Source of the DNA: a virus
Lineage: Duplodnaviria; Caudoviricetes
IMG/VR virus record: IMGVR_UViG_3300011616_000006
Location: 1-64,000 of that record
DNA length: 64,000 nt
Strand: one strand, 5' to 3'
The notes under the pieces are model-generated. The model saw nothing but the letters and a program-made list of their open reading frames with translations, was not told the origin of the DNA and made no database searches. A program made the position numbers and the translations under genes. Positions 46,239-56,523 of this stretch are shown piece after piece; position 1 is the stretch's first letter; each line of letters starts with the position of its first letter.

Positions 46239-48164
46239 TCACTCCTCCATCTCTTTCATATTTCCAAATCTTGTGCCAACTGCTGCCTCTGCGATAACCG
46301 GAACATCAAACTCGGCAAAGGGCTGTGATTCCATACAAGATTTTACAAAGTCTATTGTTTCTGACACCTTACTCTCTGGTAGCTCAAACACCAATTCATC
46401 ATGAATCTGCAGGAGCGGCCTAAGCCATGGTCGGTCAGGCAATCCGATAAGAATTCTGCCAAGTGCTAGTTTCAAAATGTCCGCTGCCGTTCCCTGAATT
46501 GGTGTATTTAATGCACATCTCTCGGCAAAGGACTTCTTTCCCCAATCAGTCGATGCAATATTGGGTAAATAACGTCTCCTGCCAAGCCAAGTTTCAGTGT
46601 ATCTGCGAAAGCCTGCTTGCTGCTTGGTTTCCTCCTGCCAACGGGTCAGTTCGGAATATCCAGCCTTGAGATTATTGATGATTCGTTCGCACTCAGCCAG
46701 TGATGTCGGCAGCCCTGCCTTGAACTTCAGCGTTCTCTGCAGTCCTTTGGGGAACAGACCGAAGAATGTGCCGAAGTTGCAGTTCTTGGCGATGGTACGG
46801 CGCTCTTTGTAATCGGGAGCATCCTTATCCACCGCCTGTTCAAAAGGAATATGATAAATAACCGCTGTGGTTCGGGCATGAATATCACCACCGGAGCGGT
46901 AAGTCTCCAGCATTTTTTCATCCCTGCAGTAAAATGCACCCACTCGCAGTTCAATCTGCGAAAAGTCCAGTGACAATAAAACCTTGCCCTCCGGTGCAAT
47001 AAAGAAGTTACGGATACCAACCTCATCCGCTCCGGCACGGGGCATATTTTGCAGATTAGGATTCCTCGCTGCGAATCTTCCCGTTTCTGTTGTCAATGGC
47101 ATAAGGTCTGGGTGTATGCGGCCGGTAGCAGAATTTAGATATCCTAAATATCCGTCAATATATGTGGACTTGATTTTACCCCATCGGCGATATTCCTGAA
47201 CTAGCTTGAACAGCGGCATATACTCCGGCTTGTTTTCTTCGCACCATTCAGAGAGCAGAACCATCACTTCATCGTCCATTGCTTCTTGGAACTTTGCTGT
47301 GGTCTTAAAAACAGGCAGCTTTAAATCGTTGTATAAATATTTCTTAAAAGCAGCGGTGCTGGCATTCGCCCCGATATTTACATCACCTATGATAAATGCA
47401 ATATCTTCACGCAACTTCGCCAGATGTTCTTCAGCCTCGGTCTGTTTCTCTCGCATTAAGATTTCATCAGCAAGTAAGCCATTGTATTTCATGATGCCGA
47501 CATACACCGCCGTGGGTGATTCGATTTGCTCTACAATAAAACGATGCTTTGGCAGAAAACGGTCAAACCAGTTATTAAACAAATGATACAATTGCAAAGC
47601 ATAATCAGAGTCGGCACAGGCATAGCGAATTGTTTCTGTGTCCTGCGGATCGAGTTCATCAAAGGAACTGCCACCTGTAACCTCGCCAAAAGACGGCAGT
47701 TCCACACCAAGCAGTTCTGGCACTAAAGTTTTCAGACCGCTGTCACCCAGAGTACGGAAAGCAGTATTGCTTTTCAGTGTTAGCTGTGATGCGGCAATCG
47801 TATCGTAAACAGGTGACTGCACCACAATCCCTCTTGCATAGAGGAACATGGACTCAAAACTGAGATTGTGCGCTATCTTGATGATGTTGATACTCTGGAA
47901 AATCTCATTCATAAGCCATTGCCAGATTTCTTCCTGATTGATGGCATTCTGTCCAATTCGGTGTGTCAGCGGGACATATACTCCCGTACCTTCAGCAACC
48001 GAAAAGCTAATGCCGACAATATGAGATTTATGTGCATCAAGTGCCGCCTTTGGTTCTTCACGATATGCTTCATCTGGTGCAGTTTCAAAGTCGAAAGCAA
48101 CTGGGGAAGCCCCAGACAAATATGTCTGAAGCCCCGCCAGTGCTGTTACACAGCGATATCCCAT
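46239..48164 (-). CDS. Family A DNA polymerase with 3'-5' exonuclease
   Basis: DFET, HNLSFE, YACAD; TGR...NPNLQN, DFSQIELR, R..AK..NFG, IHDE. Confidence 0.95.
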   Translation of the reverse strand: MGYRCVTALAGLQTYLSGASPVAFDFETAPDEAYREEPKAALDAHKSHIVGISFSVAEGTGVYVPLTHRIGQNAINQEEIWQWLMNEIFQSINIIKIAHNLSFESMFLYARGIVVQSPVYDTIAASQLTLKSNTAFRTLGDSGLKTLVPELLGVELPSFGEVTGGSSFDELDPQDTETIRYACADSDYALQLYHLFNNWFDRFLPKHRFIVEQIESPTAVYVGIMKYNGLLADEILMREKQTEAEEHLAKLREDIAFIIGDVNIGANASTAAFKKYLYNDLKLPVFKTTAKFQEAMDDEVMVLLSEWCEENKPEYMPLFKLVQEYRRWGKIKSTYIDGYLGYLNSATGRIHPDLMPLTTETGRFAARNPNLQNMPRAGADEVGIRNFFIAPEGKVLLSLDFSQIELRVGAFYCRDEKMLETYRSGGDIHARTTAVIYHIPFEQAVDKDAPDYKERRTIAKNCNFGTFFGLFPKGLQRTLKFKAGLPTSLAECERIINNLKAGYSELTRWQEETKQQAGFRRYTETWLGRRRYLPNIASTDWGKKSFAERCALNTPIQGTAADILKLALGRILIGLPDRPWLRPLLQIHDELVFELPESKVSETIDFVKSCMESQPFAEFDVPVIAEAAVGTRFGNMKEMEE

Positions 48165-48952
48165 TAGTGACCTCCTTGTAACGGCTCAATAATCTCGCCA
48201 GTTTCGGGGTCAATATTTTCCATTGGCATTTCATCCATTTCCTCTACACTGTCATAATCGAACGCCACATTTTTGCTGAATTCCTTGACCTGCTCACTCA
48301 TTTTATTGATAAGGGCAAACTCATCTGCTGTAAGCGGACGGTCGACAGCGAACTGTGCCTGTGAATAGGCAAGACCGCCACTGTTGGTGGCTTTCTTCAG
48401 AGAAAAGCGAGTGACCACACTGTTGGACTTTCTACCTTTGCCGAGCAAGCGTTTAATATATTTGGTGAACTCCTTTAACGAACCAGTCGGCAGGGAAAGC
48501 AATAACGGGAAAATCTCACCTTCACGGAGCAGATAAATCCTGCGGCGGTTCTTACACGCTTTGGAATTGTTCTCGCCAGAGCCGAACTGATTGTATGGAC
48601 ACTTCTTGCAGTTCCCGCCGGGATCACCCTCACCGACAACACCGTCAAAACTGCCGCAGTCAGGTGGATTATTGCCGCCAGTGTATTTCTCTTTGTAATA
48701 AGCCATCAGCGGATGATGGAACAATATCACTGCACTAAATTCCTTAACGCTTTCTGCCTCAGCTGGGTCTTCGCCGGGAACCTCATATACCGTACTGCCT
48801 GCTGACGGAATCTTAATACGCTCGAAACTCATATCTAATCCGTCAAGCTCCTCGGCCATCATTGCCGCCATATCCACGTTCGCTAACCCTGTATATCCGC
48901 TCTCCTGCGGTACCAATGCCTGTTCATTTTTTGATTCATTCTTCTTAGCCAT
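48164..48952 (-). CDS. Phage replication protein, probably ssDNA-binding (acidic tail)
   Basis: PPDC.S.DG, C..CP.NQFGS...KACK motifs; acidic C-terminus with DPETGEII. Confidence 0.6.
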   Translation of the reverse strand: MAKKNESKNEQALVPQESGYTGLANVDMAAMMAEELDGLDMSFERIKIPSAGSTVYEVPGEDPAEAESVKEFSAVILFHHPLMAYYKEKYTGGNNPPDCGSFDGVVGEGDPGGNCKKCPYNQFGSGENNSKACKNRRRIYLLREGEIFPLLLSLPTGSLKEFTKYIKRLLGKGRKSNSVVTRFSLKKATNSGGLAYSQAQFAVDRPLTADEFALINKMSEQVKEFSKNVAFDYDSVEEMDEMPMENIDPETGEIIEPLQGGH

Positions 48953-48977
48953 AATCTAAAACCTCCATAAATTTGAT

Positions 48978-49391
48978 TTATTTTGCTTTACGCACTCCAA
49001 CCGTTGTCTTCTCAAATACATTTACTAAGCCGTTCAGCCAATCTGGTAATACATCCTCGTTCTCACCAATTTGCTCCTTGACAAACGAAGATAGAGAATT
49101 GGCATTGACGGTTTCATACACCAAATCGCCATAACCTTGCTCACGAAGAGCTGCATACAGTTCCTCCTTGGAACCGGCGACTGCCGAAGCACGGGTCTTG
49201 GTAGTCAGACAGAACATCGTGCCGGAGCGAGTGAAATTCTGTGTTTCCGTTTCTGCCATAAGCTCTGAAAGACGATAATCCGTCTCATCAATCTGAGCAT
49301 TAATTTCCTTAAGCTGTGCCTCTGCCTCTGATTTGTCATCACGCAGGCTCTTCAGCTTTTCAGCCAGTACAAACATTTTTTCGTTATCCAT
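48978..49391 (-). CDS. Conserved phage hypothetical protein (coiled-coil N-terminus)
   Basis: In the replication operon, with RBS. Confidence 0.7.
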   Translation of the reverse strand: MDNEKMFVLAEKLKSLRDDKSEAEAQLKEINAQIDETDYRLSELMAETETQNFTRSGTMFCLTTKTRASAVAGSKEELYAALREQGYGDLVYETVNANSLSSFVKEQIGENEDVLPDWLNGLVNVFEKTTVGVRKAK

Positions 49392-49400
49392 AAATATCAA

Positions 49401-50852
49401 TCATCCTTTCAATGAAAATGGGTTTTGTCCTCGCCGATAGTCATCTACCAGCGTTCTTGCTAAATCTGCCTTAGAGCGGAGTGCCTCTAGCACCTTTTCA
49501 TCCACTGTGCCTTTTGCCACAAGATAAATGTAGGTGCAGTTTTCTTTCTGTCCAACACGATGAATTCGTGCCTTTGCCTGTTCAAAGTTGCTCATGCTGT
49601 AATCCTCAGAATAAAATACCATGGTGCTTGCAGCAGTCAGAGTAATACCAAGTCCTGCCGTGGCAATCTGCCCGATAAAAACTTGTGTGTTCGGGTCATT
49701 CTGAAATGCTGTAACCTGCTCTTCACGGTCTTTGACACCGCCCATGATGCAGGAATAACCGATGCCGCATTTTTCAAGCAACTTGCTGATAGCGTTGATT
49801 TCCGCTACAAACCGAGCAATAATTACCAGCTTTTTTTCTTCCTGCAGAACTTGCTCTACAATATCCTCCAGTGCCGACAACTTTGCTGTGCTGATTCGCT
49901 GCGGAGCATTACCCTCATCATCGCCGATAAAACCGCCTGTAAGCTGCGATAGGCGAAGTAGGCGAGTAAGAACATTTGTGACAGTAACTTCACTCTTACC
50001 AAGCTCTGCATAGGATTCCTTTACCAAGTCGTTATACACTCTTGCGGCGGCAGGCTCTAAATCCACATAGCGAATGATATCTGTCATCTCTGGCAGGTCA
50101 AGGCATTCCGCCTTTGTTGCCCTGAAAGCGATGCAGTGCAGACGTTTCATCAATTCCTGCTCCATGTTTTTCTTCATTACTGGTGTGTGATTGCCATAAC
50201 CAGTCATGTCAAAGTAACGGTTTCGGAAGGAATAAAAGCTGTTACCGAAGATAGCCGGGTTCACGAATTTGTACTGCGAAAACACATCGATTGCTTTGTT
50301 CGTGATAACCGTTCCAGTAAGCAGCAATCGGTAGCCTGCCTTTGCACCAATTCGGTGCATTGCTTTGGATGCTGAGATATTATGAGTCTTGATTTTGTGT
50401 CCTTCATCAGCAATGATGAGATTGGGATTCCAAGCAGTAATCTCTTTTTCTAATCGCCATGCCGATTCATAATTGACCACTGCCACCTGCAGTGGTGGGT
50501 AATCCATACACTTAAGTTCTTCAGCCTTCTTTGCTCCGCTGCCACTTAATACCGATAGGGAATACTTGAAATCTGCAAACTTCTGAAATTCCTCATCCCA
50601 AACACCAACAATTGAAAGCGGAGCAACTACCAGTACCCGGCGGATTTTGCCGGACTGATACAATGCACCAGTAATCGCAATGCTGGTAATGGTCTTGCCG
50701 GTACCCATTTCCATGAGCAGTGCTACTCCTTGACTTCGTGCCTCGTGTTCGCCCAAACCAAACTGCCTGCAGGCAAAAGCAAACGCCTCCCTCTGATGCC
50801 GATACGGCGATGCCTTAATCGGCATGGGCGGATACGAGTTGTTTTCCTGCAT
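49401..50852 (-). CDS. SNF2-family helicase
   Basis: EMGTGKT, DEGH, LTGT, GLGITL and QA.ARIHRVGQ motifs. Confidence 0.93.
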   Translation of the reverse strand: MQENNSYPPMPIKASPYRHQREAFAFACRQFGLGEHEARSQGVALLMEMGTGKTITSIAITGALYQSGKIRRVLVVAPLSIVGVWDEEFQKFADFKYSLSVLSGSGAKKAEELKCMDYPPLQVAVVNYESAWRLEKEITAWNPNLIIADEGHKIKTHNISASKAMHRIGAKAGYRLLLTGTVITNKAIDVFSQYKFVNPAIFGNSFYSFRNRYFDMTGYGNHTPVMKKNMEQELMKRLHCIAFRATKAECLDLPEMTDIIRYVDLEPAAARVYNDLVKESYAELGKSEVTVTNVLTRLLRLSQLTGGFIGDDEGNAPQRISTAKLSALEDIVEQVLQEEKKLVIIARFVAEINAISKLLEKCGIGYSCIMGGVKDREEQVTAFQNDPNTQVFIGQIATAGLGITLTAASTMVFYSEDYSMSNFEQAKARIHRVGQKENCTYIYLVAKGTVDEKVLEALRSKADLARTLVDDYRRGQNPFSLKG

Positions 50853-51009
50853 CTTCTTTTGCACCTCCACTTTCTGCTGACCTCTGCTCTAACAGAATCA
50901 GCTTTTTTGCCAGCCGCTTTGACACCAGACTGATTGCCGTAAGTACACCGACAAGTTCTTCGGTAGTGTCAGCTTCATGAGTCAAAGCAGCAGTTGATTT
51001 TTTCTCCAT
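50815..51009 (-). CDS. Small hypothetical protein
   Basis: GAGGTG RBS; overlaps the helicase start. Confidence 0.55.
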   Translation of the reverse strand: MEKKSTAALTHEADTTEELVGVLTAISLVSKRLAKKLILLEQRSAESGGAKEDAGKQLVSAHAD

Positions 51010-51098
51010 TGATTTCACCTCTTTCTGAGGGATAAAAATACCCCCTCACTCTATAAGGAAAGTAAGGGGGCAGGCGGCAACCCTAATTCAAAAACTTT

Positions 51099-51500
51099 TT
51101 ATGAATTGAGTAGCTTTTTAAGTTTTTCTAATATTCGAACTTTCTTTTTATGTACCGCTTGGTGAGATATGCCCTTTTGATTAGCCACTTCACGCTCTGA
51201 CTTTTCTTGATAAAACAAGGCATCTATCAGACTGCGCTCATCCGCTGTTAATTCATCTAAAGCAGTTAAAAGAATATCCAACAACAGCTTGTCCTCTACA
51301 ATTTCATCAACCAGTTTCTGATTTGTGTCAGCTTGTCCATCAAAATCGTTCTCAAGCATGAAATCGTAAGAACATTCCCTTGTAGCTCTCACAACATCTT
51401 GTTTCTCTTCTCGCCACTCGGCACGTTTATATGTACGATACACTTCTTCAGTCACTGGTATCTCTTTGCCGTCAAGCCAGATATACCACTTTTTACTCAT
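51099..51500 (-). CDS. Sigma-70 region 4 / ECF-like transcriptional regulator
   Basis: AL..L...ER.LI.ALFY...SEREVA...GIS..AV.K...RIL.KLK. Confidence 0.85.
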   Translation of the reverse strand: MSKKWYIWLDGKEIPVTEEVYRTYKRAEWREEKQDVVRATRECSYDFMLENDFDGQADTNQKLVDEIVEDKLLLDILLTALDELTADERSLIDALFYQEKSEREVANQKGISHQAVHKKKVRILEKLKKLLNS

Positions 51501-51598
51501 TGCACTTCCTCCTTTCCTTGAAATTCAAAGAAAGGGGAAGAGGAGGTGCTCTCGCCCTAAAGAACGGGCGTTCGTCAGAAAATGATAAATTTCGCAAC

Positions 51599-51642
51599 AA
51601 AAAAAGCGTGGAGATAAACCTTTCGGCTAAGCTCCACGCTTT
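51599..51642 (-). terminator. Leader terminator upstream of the sigma-like gene
   Basis: AAAGCGTGGAG...CTCCACGCTTT followed by a T run on -. Confidence 0.75.
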
Positions 51643-51860
51643 AAGTATTATTATGTAGTTGTTTGGTTCCTTTTGTTGCTTGAATAAACAACGCACGGCG
51701 GCCACCTCCTTGGTGCCGCCGTGCAAATGAGCGCAACAAATCATTTAAAATGACCTTATACGCACATCGCTATCTTATCTTTTTTATAGATAGACGGCGT
51801 CTCTTATTTTGATGAATACTAGTAATTTGATATTAGTAGTTAACAGGCTGTCACAAAGAC

Positions 51861-51905
51861 AAAAAGAGCCGATGTACCGTGATTTCTCACAAGTTCATCG
51901 GCTCT
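51861..51905 (-). terminator. Terminator after the KTR gene
   Basis: AGAGCCGATG...CATCGGCTCT followed by TTTT on -. Confidence 0.75.
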
Positions 51906-52083
51906 GCGTCTTAGCGTCTGGCTCTTTGATGACATTTATTTGTAAATCTTTAGCTTGTATTAAGCTCTCTTGTTTGCATTTCGGACAGTAAAGCGGAAAG
52001 TTCATCAGAACGGTATCCGCTCTAATCCTGTCACGGGTTTTACTGTTGCAAACAGGACACATTATCCATTTTACTTTTTCCAT
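51895..52083 (-). CDS. Cysteine-rich KTR domain protein
   Basis: WI.CPVC.SKTR..IR.DT.L.NFPLYCPKCK. Confidence 0.9.
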   Translation of the reverse strand: MEKVKWIMCPVCNSKTRDRIRADTVLMNFPLYCPKCKQESLIQAKDLQINVIKEPDAKTQSR

Positions 52084-52174
52084 AGGCTTCACCTCTTTGT
52101 ACCATAACCACTCCATTCACCCAATCAATGGGGAGTAATTGCGACTTCAGATTATTATGGTCTTATATAATTAC

Positions 52175-52987
52175 TTAAAATAAACTATTTACTTCGTCTA
52201 TCAGATTTCTCAAATGATGACATGCTTCTAACAAATCAGTACCAATCAACGAAAAGATAATATTTATTTTTTCGTTGTAATTATCAGGATGAATTAGAAA
52301 CCTATCTATCATTTGTACAGCTTTTTTCTCATTGAGGCAGTATTGTTCATTTAGTGCAAAAAGCACTTGATTGAGTGCAGAAATAGAACGTACAAGGTGA
52401 GCTACCACATAATAAACATCGTTTCTTGAAACATTGTTTTCAGCAAACATTAGAGAAAAACCAGCTTCGAAAGAAAAGAAATGTATTATTGGTTCCTTCA
52501 AATTTTGTGGATACTCCTCTGCAATCTTTTTTAGTTCTTTTATTTCATCACTTTTACTCCACAGCAGTTTACAAATAGCAAGTTCACCCATATACATTAC
52601 ATTGAGATAGGCATGTGGATGCCCTGTTTGATAATGTGAAGTGACAATTCCTTCTCGGCAATCTTGAATAGATTTTTTCACTCGGCTTATATCCCGCAAA
52701 ATAAGGTCAATATGCACACTGTCAGTACTAAGCCAACATCCGCCATTCACCCATGCTCCCCACTCTCCGGGTCTTGCAAGTAGGTTTGGTCTATGCTCTT
52801 GGTCTAAAAATTGCATTCGTTCTTCTAACAAAGACAAGTCAAGCGTTCGTTTGTCGTAATACAATCCAATATCAATATCAGAGTCAGGATTGTGAGTACC
52901 CCTTGCACGTGATCCGCCAAGTACAATTGCCTCAAGTCCTTTTATGTCCTTTAATGAATTAACAATATTTTCAATAATACTTTTCAT
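52175..52987 (-). CDS. Nucleotidyltransferase domain protein (Pol-beta superfamily, DUF4037-like C-terminus)
   Basis: LGGSRARG....DSDID motif; WG.WVNGG.WL; Q.LFALN..Y..NEK. Confidence 0.85.
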   Translation of the reverse strand: MKSIIENIVNSLKDIKGLEAIVLGGSRARGTHNPDSDIDIGLYYDKRTLDLSLLEERMQFLDQEHRPNLLARPGEWGAWVNGGCWLSTDSVHIDLILRDISRVKKSIQDCREGIVTSHYQTGHPHAYLNVMYMGELAICKLLWSKSDEIKELKKIAEEYPQNLKEPIIHFFSFEAGFSLMFAENNVSRNDVYYVVAHLVRSISALNQVLFALNEQYCLNEKKAVQMIDRFLIHPDNYNEKINIIFSLIGTDLLEACHHLRNLIDEVNSLF

Positions 52988-53066
52988 TTTTCTCCTCTTC
53001 TAATAAAAATGTTAAATTGATTTATAGATTTGTCACTTCGGGAGGATTTGTCCCAAAGTGTCCCCT

Positions 53067-54530
53067 CTACTTCAATTTGTGTATTTTGCAATCCCGTATC
53101 TCATATACAATATCCGCCACATTATCAATTAACTTTTTATCATGCGAAACAAATAAAATTGTTCCTGCATAATTCTTAATCATACTTTCCAATGCTTCCA
53201 TACTAAAGATATCAAGATAATTAGCTGGTTCATCCATAAGCAAGATATTATACCGTCCTAACAACATTTTAGAAAGCAGTAGTTTAATTATTTCACCGCC
53301 AGATAATACAGATAGGTCTTTATTGATATCATTTTGTCTAAATCCCATTGATGCTAAGACCCCACGTATTTCTGATACTTGATAATCACAATCCTCTTGC
53401 ATAAAAGAAATAACAGATTGATTTGCTATAAACTGATATCCTGTTTGAGCAAAGTAGCCAATTACCGCCTTTGGTGAAATGGTAAGCATTTCGTTGTTGG
53501 ATAAAACCATCTTTAATAATGTGGTTTTACCCGTTCCATTACCTCCAGTCAAAGCGACTTTTGCACCAAGAGGAATATTAAAGCTGGCACTTTCAAATAT
53601 CACACGCTCTCCAAATTTCAAATTGATATTATCACCCACAACTGGAAATTTATTGTGTAATTCTAAGGCTTTACTTTGTCTGAAACGAATATTGACAATA
53701 CGTTCGGAGGCACTAAGATCCCCCATTTTCTCGATTTTGCGTTCCATGTTTAAGGCGGCATTATATATTTTTTTCTGTTTGCTACCAGTACTTTTCTGAT
53801 GTCCTAATCTGCCGGTACTTTCATTAGAATTTTTCTTCACAGTTCCTTTTTGTTTATTATCAATCTGTCGTGCTTGATTCCGTTTCTCTTCTGCTGCACG
53901 TTCTAATCGCTCACGTTCCTGTTTAATCTGTTCATATTGCTTAGCTTTCTGTTCACGTTCTACCTCTTTTTGATTAAGATAATCACTATACCCACCCCAA
54001 TATTCAGTAATTTTTCCGTCTTTTAGTTCCCATATTTTATCCACAACCTTATCCAAAAAATAACGGTCATGACTAATAATCAACAATGCCCCATCAAACG
54101 ATTTTAGATGTCCAATTAATAACTCTATTCCCGCACGGTCAAGATGGCAAGTTGGCTCATCTGCAAACAAAGCATGAACTTGCTTGGATAAAGCTATTGC
54201 AATTTTAGAGCGTGTTTCTTCACCTCCGCTCATAGTATCTTTCTGTAAGCCGGACACACCTAAGCGTGATAGCATAGCGGGGTCATAAGCTTCTTCTAAC
54301 ATAATACTTTCAAGTTGTTGTATATAAGCTATTTCTCCAAAACGCTGTATTTTACATTCCGACGGGGCAATTCCCCCAGCTAGAATATTTAAGAGAGTGC
54401 TTTTTCCTTCACCATTATTGCCGATTAAACCAATTCGGTCATATGAGTACAATTCTAGTTCATCAATATCTAAAACATCACGTCCTGTATATTCAACGCG
54501 GATGTCATTTGCTTTTATAATTAATTCCAT
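53067..54530 (-). CDS. msr: Msr-family ABC-F ribosomal protection protein (Msr(D)/Msr(E)-like)
   Basis: 487 aa, two ABC domains ([19 protein letters not shown]; [16 protein letters not shown]); [12 protein letters not shown]. Confidence 0.92.
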   Translation of the reverse strand: MELIIKANDIRVEYTGRDVLDIDELELYSYDRIGLIGNNGEGKSTLLNILAGGIAPSECKIQRFGEIAYIQQLESIMLEEAYDPAMLSRLGVSGLQKDTMSGGEETRSKIAIALSKQVHALFADEPTCHLDRAGIELLIGHLKSFDGALLIISHDRYFLDKVVDKIWELKDGKITEYWGGYSDYLNQKEVEREQKAKQYEQIKQERERLERAAEEKRNQARQIDNKQKGTVKKNSNESTGRLGHQKSTGSKQKKIYNAALNMERKIEKMGDLSASERIVNIRFRQSKALELHNKFPVVGDNINLKFGERVIFESASFNIPLGAKVALTGGNGTGKTTLLKMVLSNNEMLTISPKAVIGYFAQTGYQFIANQSVISFMQEDCDYQVSEIRGVLASMGFRQNDINKDLSVLSGGEIIKLLLSKMLLGRYNILLMDEPANYLDIFSMEALESMIKNYAGTILFVSHDKKLIDNVADIVYEIRDCKIHKLK

Positions 54531-54650
54531 ATTTTCCTCCTATCACATTGCCATGCAGAATCAAACCCTTTTCTGTTTTGAAACAGGCCGTTCTGCAACT
54601 GCTGATTTTCCTACTACTGTAACGCTAATGATTAAAGATAATTTTTCTTA

Positions 54651-55856
54651 TTAATCCAATTTTCTGATTTCAGCAATCAAGGGACAAATTGCAGCAATGA
54701 TGATAACTAAAATACCTGATATGAGAAACCAAATATTCACACCGATTCTATCAGCAAAAAAACCGGAAAGGATTAAACCAATAGGCATAGCCAGTGACAC
54801 AACACTCCCTGTAAGAGAAAACACACGTCCTAAATATTCAGGTTTGATTTTTTCTTGAAAAAGGGCTGTTTGAACACCACTGTAAAACGGAACTGATAAA
54901 CCCATCATTGCACAACAAATTACGAAAATAATAAAGCCATTTTGGGGAAGCAATCCTGAAATAGTTAAACTTATTCCCATCATGAAAATAGATGCTGTTA
55001 TTAGCAAAACTCGTTTTTTTAATCTACCCAAAAGTCCTAATATCAGACCTCCTGCCAACATGCCAGAGGCGTATGCTATTTCGGTAATTGATATATGCAA
55101 CGGTGTACCCCCAAAATATTCCATGCTGATTAAAGGGTATAGTGCGTTAATTGGCATATAAACAAACATATATATAGTGCCAATAAGCAACAATGCAAAT
55201 AGTCCTTTATTTCCTTTCAGAGCAAGAAAGCCTTCTTTCATCTCTTTCATAAAGTTAAATTTCGCACTTTTTTGTTCTTTGTTAAGTTTGGGAATACGCA
55301 CAAATGCCACTGTGATACACGCAATAATCGCGCCTAAAATGTCCACGCCAATGATTGCATTTAATTCCCAAACAGAATATAAAAATGCCGCTACGGCAGG
55401 ACTGAGTATATAGCTTATTGACTGCAAGGATTGACTGTAACCTGCGCATTTCGTCAGCTGTTCTTCCGGCACTATAAGAGGTGTAGCCGCACTCAGTGCA
55501 GGAGAATGAAAAGCCGTTCCAAGGCTTCGGATAAACAACACTACCATAACCATCCAAACTGAAAGTTCCATATGCAAAGCAATAACAGATAGTACAGCGC
55601 CTGCTGTTGCAATAATCAAATCAGCACCAATCATTATCTTTTTTCTATCATAACGGTCAACTAATACCCCTATCATAGGTCCGAAAACAGCATATGGGAG
55701 AAATCCAACTAATGAAGCAATCGAAAGCACCATCGCCGAACCTGTTTTTTCTGTAAGGTAAAATATTAACGCCATTTGCAGAACAGCACTAGTAATCAGA
55801 GATACTGCCTGACCTGACCATATTGTAAAAAAAGTAAGTTTCCAATTCCTTTTCAT
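54651..55856 (-). CDS. mef: Mef(A)-family macrolide efflux MFS transporter
   Basis: GQAVSLITSA, PEEQLTKCAGYSQSLQS and EKIKPEYLGRVFSL, all characteristic of Mef(A)/(E). Confidence 0.95.
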   Translation of the reverse strand: MKRNWKLTFFTIWSGQAVSLITSAVLQMALIFYLTEKTGSAMVLSIASLVGFLPYAVFGPMIGVLVDRYDRKKIMIGADLIIATAGAVLSVIALHMELSVWMVMVVLFIRSLGTAFHSPALSAATPLIVPEEQLTKCAGYSQSLQSISYILSPAVAAFLYSVWELNAIIGVDILGAIIACITVAFVRIPKLNKEQKSAKFNFMKEMKEGFLALKGNKGLFALLLIGTIYMFVYMPINALYPLISMEYFGGTPLHISITEIAYASGMLAGGLILGLLGRLKKRVLLITASIFMMGISLTISGLLPQNGFIIFVICCAMMGLSVPFYSGVQTALFQEKIKPEYLGRVFSLTGSVVSLAMPIGLILSGFFADRIGVNIWFLISGILVIIIAAICPLIAEIRKLD

Positions 55857-55899
55857 TTTCTATCGTCTCCTGTATTCATTATCTTGTTTTAAATTTATG

Positions 55900-56100
55900 T
55901 TATCAATGATAATGGAAGCAATAAAAAAGCAGACCCAAGTCCACAATGTGACTCTGATCTGCATACATACAATATAGAAGCAGGCTAAAGAAAGGTATAG
56001 TCAAAATGACCATTCCTTACCGTAACTAATGCTCAATACTGCGAAAATACGCACAACAAAAAAGCCTATCATCATGGATAGATTTTACTTTTTTATTGCC
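55900..56100 (-). promoter_or_regulatory. mef leader/attenuator region
   Basis: Hairpin with U-tract (CTATC..GATAGGCTTTTTT, ~56058-56086) and further stems between the leader peptide and mef. Confidence 0.65.
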
Positions 56101-56103
56101 CGA

Positions 56104-56130
56104 TTATCTCAAACGCATTGATGCTGTCAC
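56104..56130 (-). CDS. mefL: Macrolide-sensing leader peptide MTASMRLR
   Basis: AGGAGG, then GTG ACA GCA TCA ATG CGT TTG AGA TAA; same peptide as the mef(E) leader, with an RLR arrest motif. Confidence 0.9.
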   Translation of the reverse strand: MTASMRLR

Positions 56131-56171
56131 GGTATTGTTTCCTCCTGAATCTTATTTTTTAATTATCGGTT

Positions 56172-56200
56172 ATTATATCATAAAAAGTTTGACCCGTCAA
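56172..56200 (-). promoter_or_regulatory. Sigma-A promoter of the mef-msr operon
   Basis: TTGACG-17 bp-TATAAT with extended TG. Confidence 0.85.
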
Positions 56201-56406
56201 CCTAAAACCGAACAAACAAGGATTTTTTGTCTGGATATCTAAATCGTCAAAGTAGAAAACATCATAAATTGTAAATATTGTCAAGAGTGACCTCGTTACA
56301 CTCGGCGACAAGCGCCCTTGATCATTGTTTTCTTTTTTAAATTTACGAAGCCTTTTTATTCCGCTCTCCTGTTTCCGAGAAAGAAATAAAGCAGGCACAA
56401 CAATAT

Positions 56407-56522
56407 CAGTGGATATGTTCCCTCACACAGGCAACCCCCAATTTCAACAGTGGATATATTCCCACACACTTCCAAGCCTTGAGTTGACTATATTTTTTAT
56501 CAGTAGATATGTTTCCGCACAA
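56407..56522 (+). repeat. Three 22-bp degenerate direct repeats, each an inverted copy of the rlmD attachment arm
   Basis: CAGTGGATATGTTCCCTCACAC (56407), CAGTGGATATATTCCCACACAC (56448), CAGTAGATATGTTTCCGCACAA (56501) vs rlmD GAGTTGATATGTTTCCGCATAC (56670-56649, -). Confidence 0.85.
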
Positions 56523-56523
56523 C

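Noticed and set aside
56407-56522. CRISPR array interpretation of the triple repeat
   Set aside because: The repeats are degenerate and non-palindromic, the spacers are unequal (19/31 bp), no cas genes are present, and the repeat is explained by rlmD homology.
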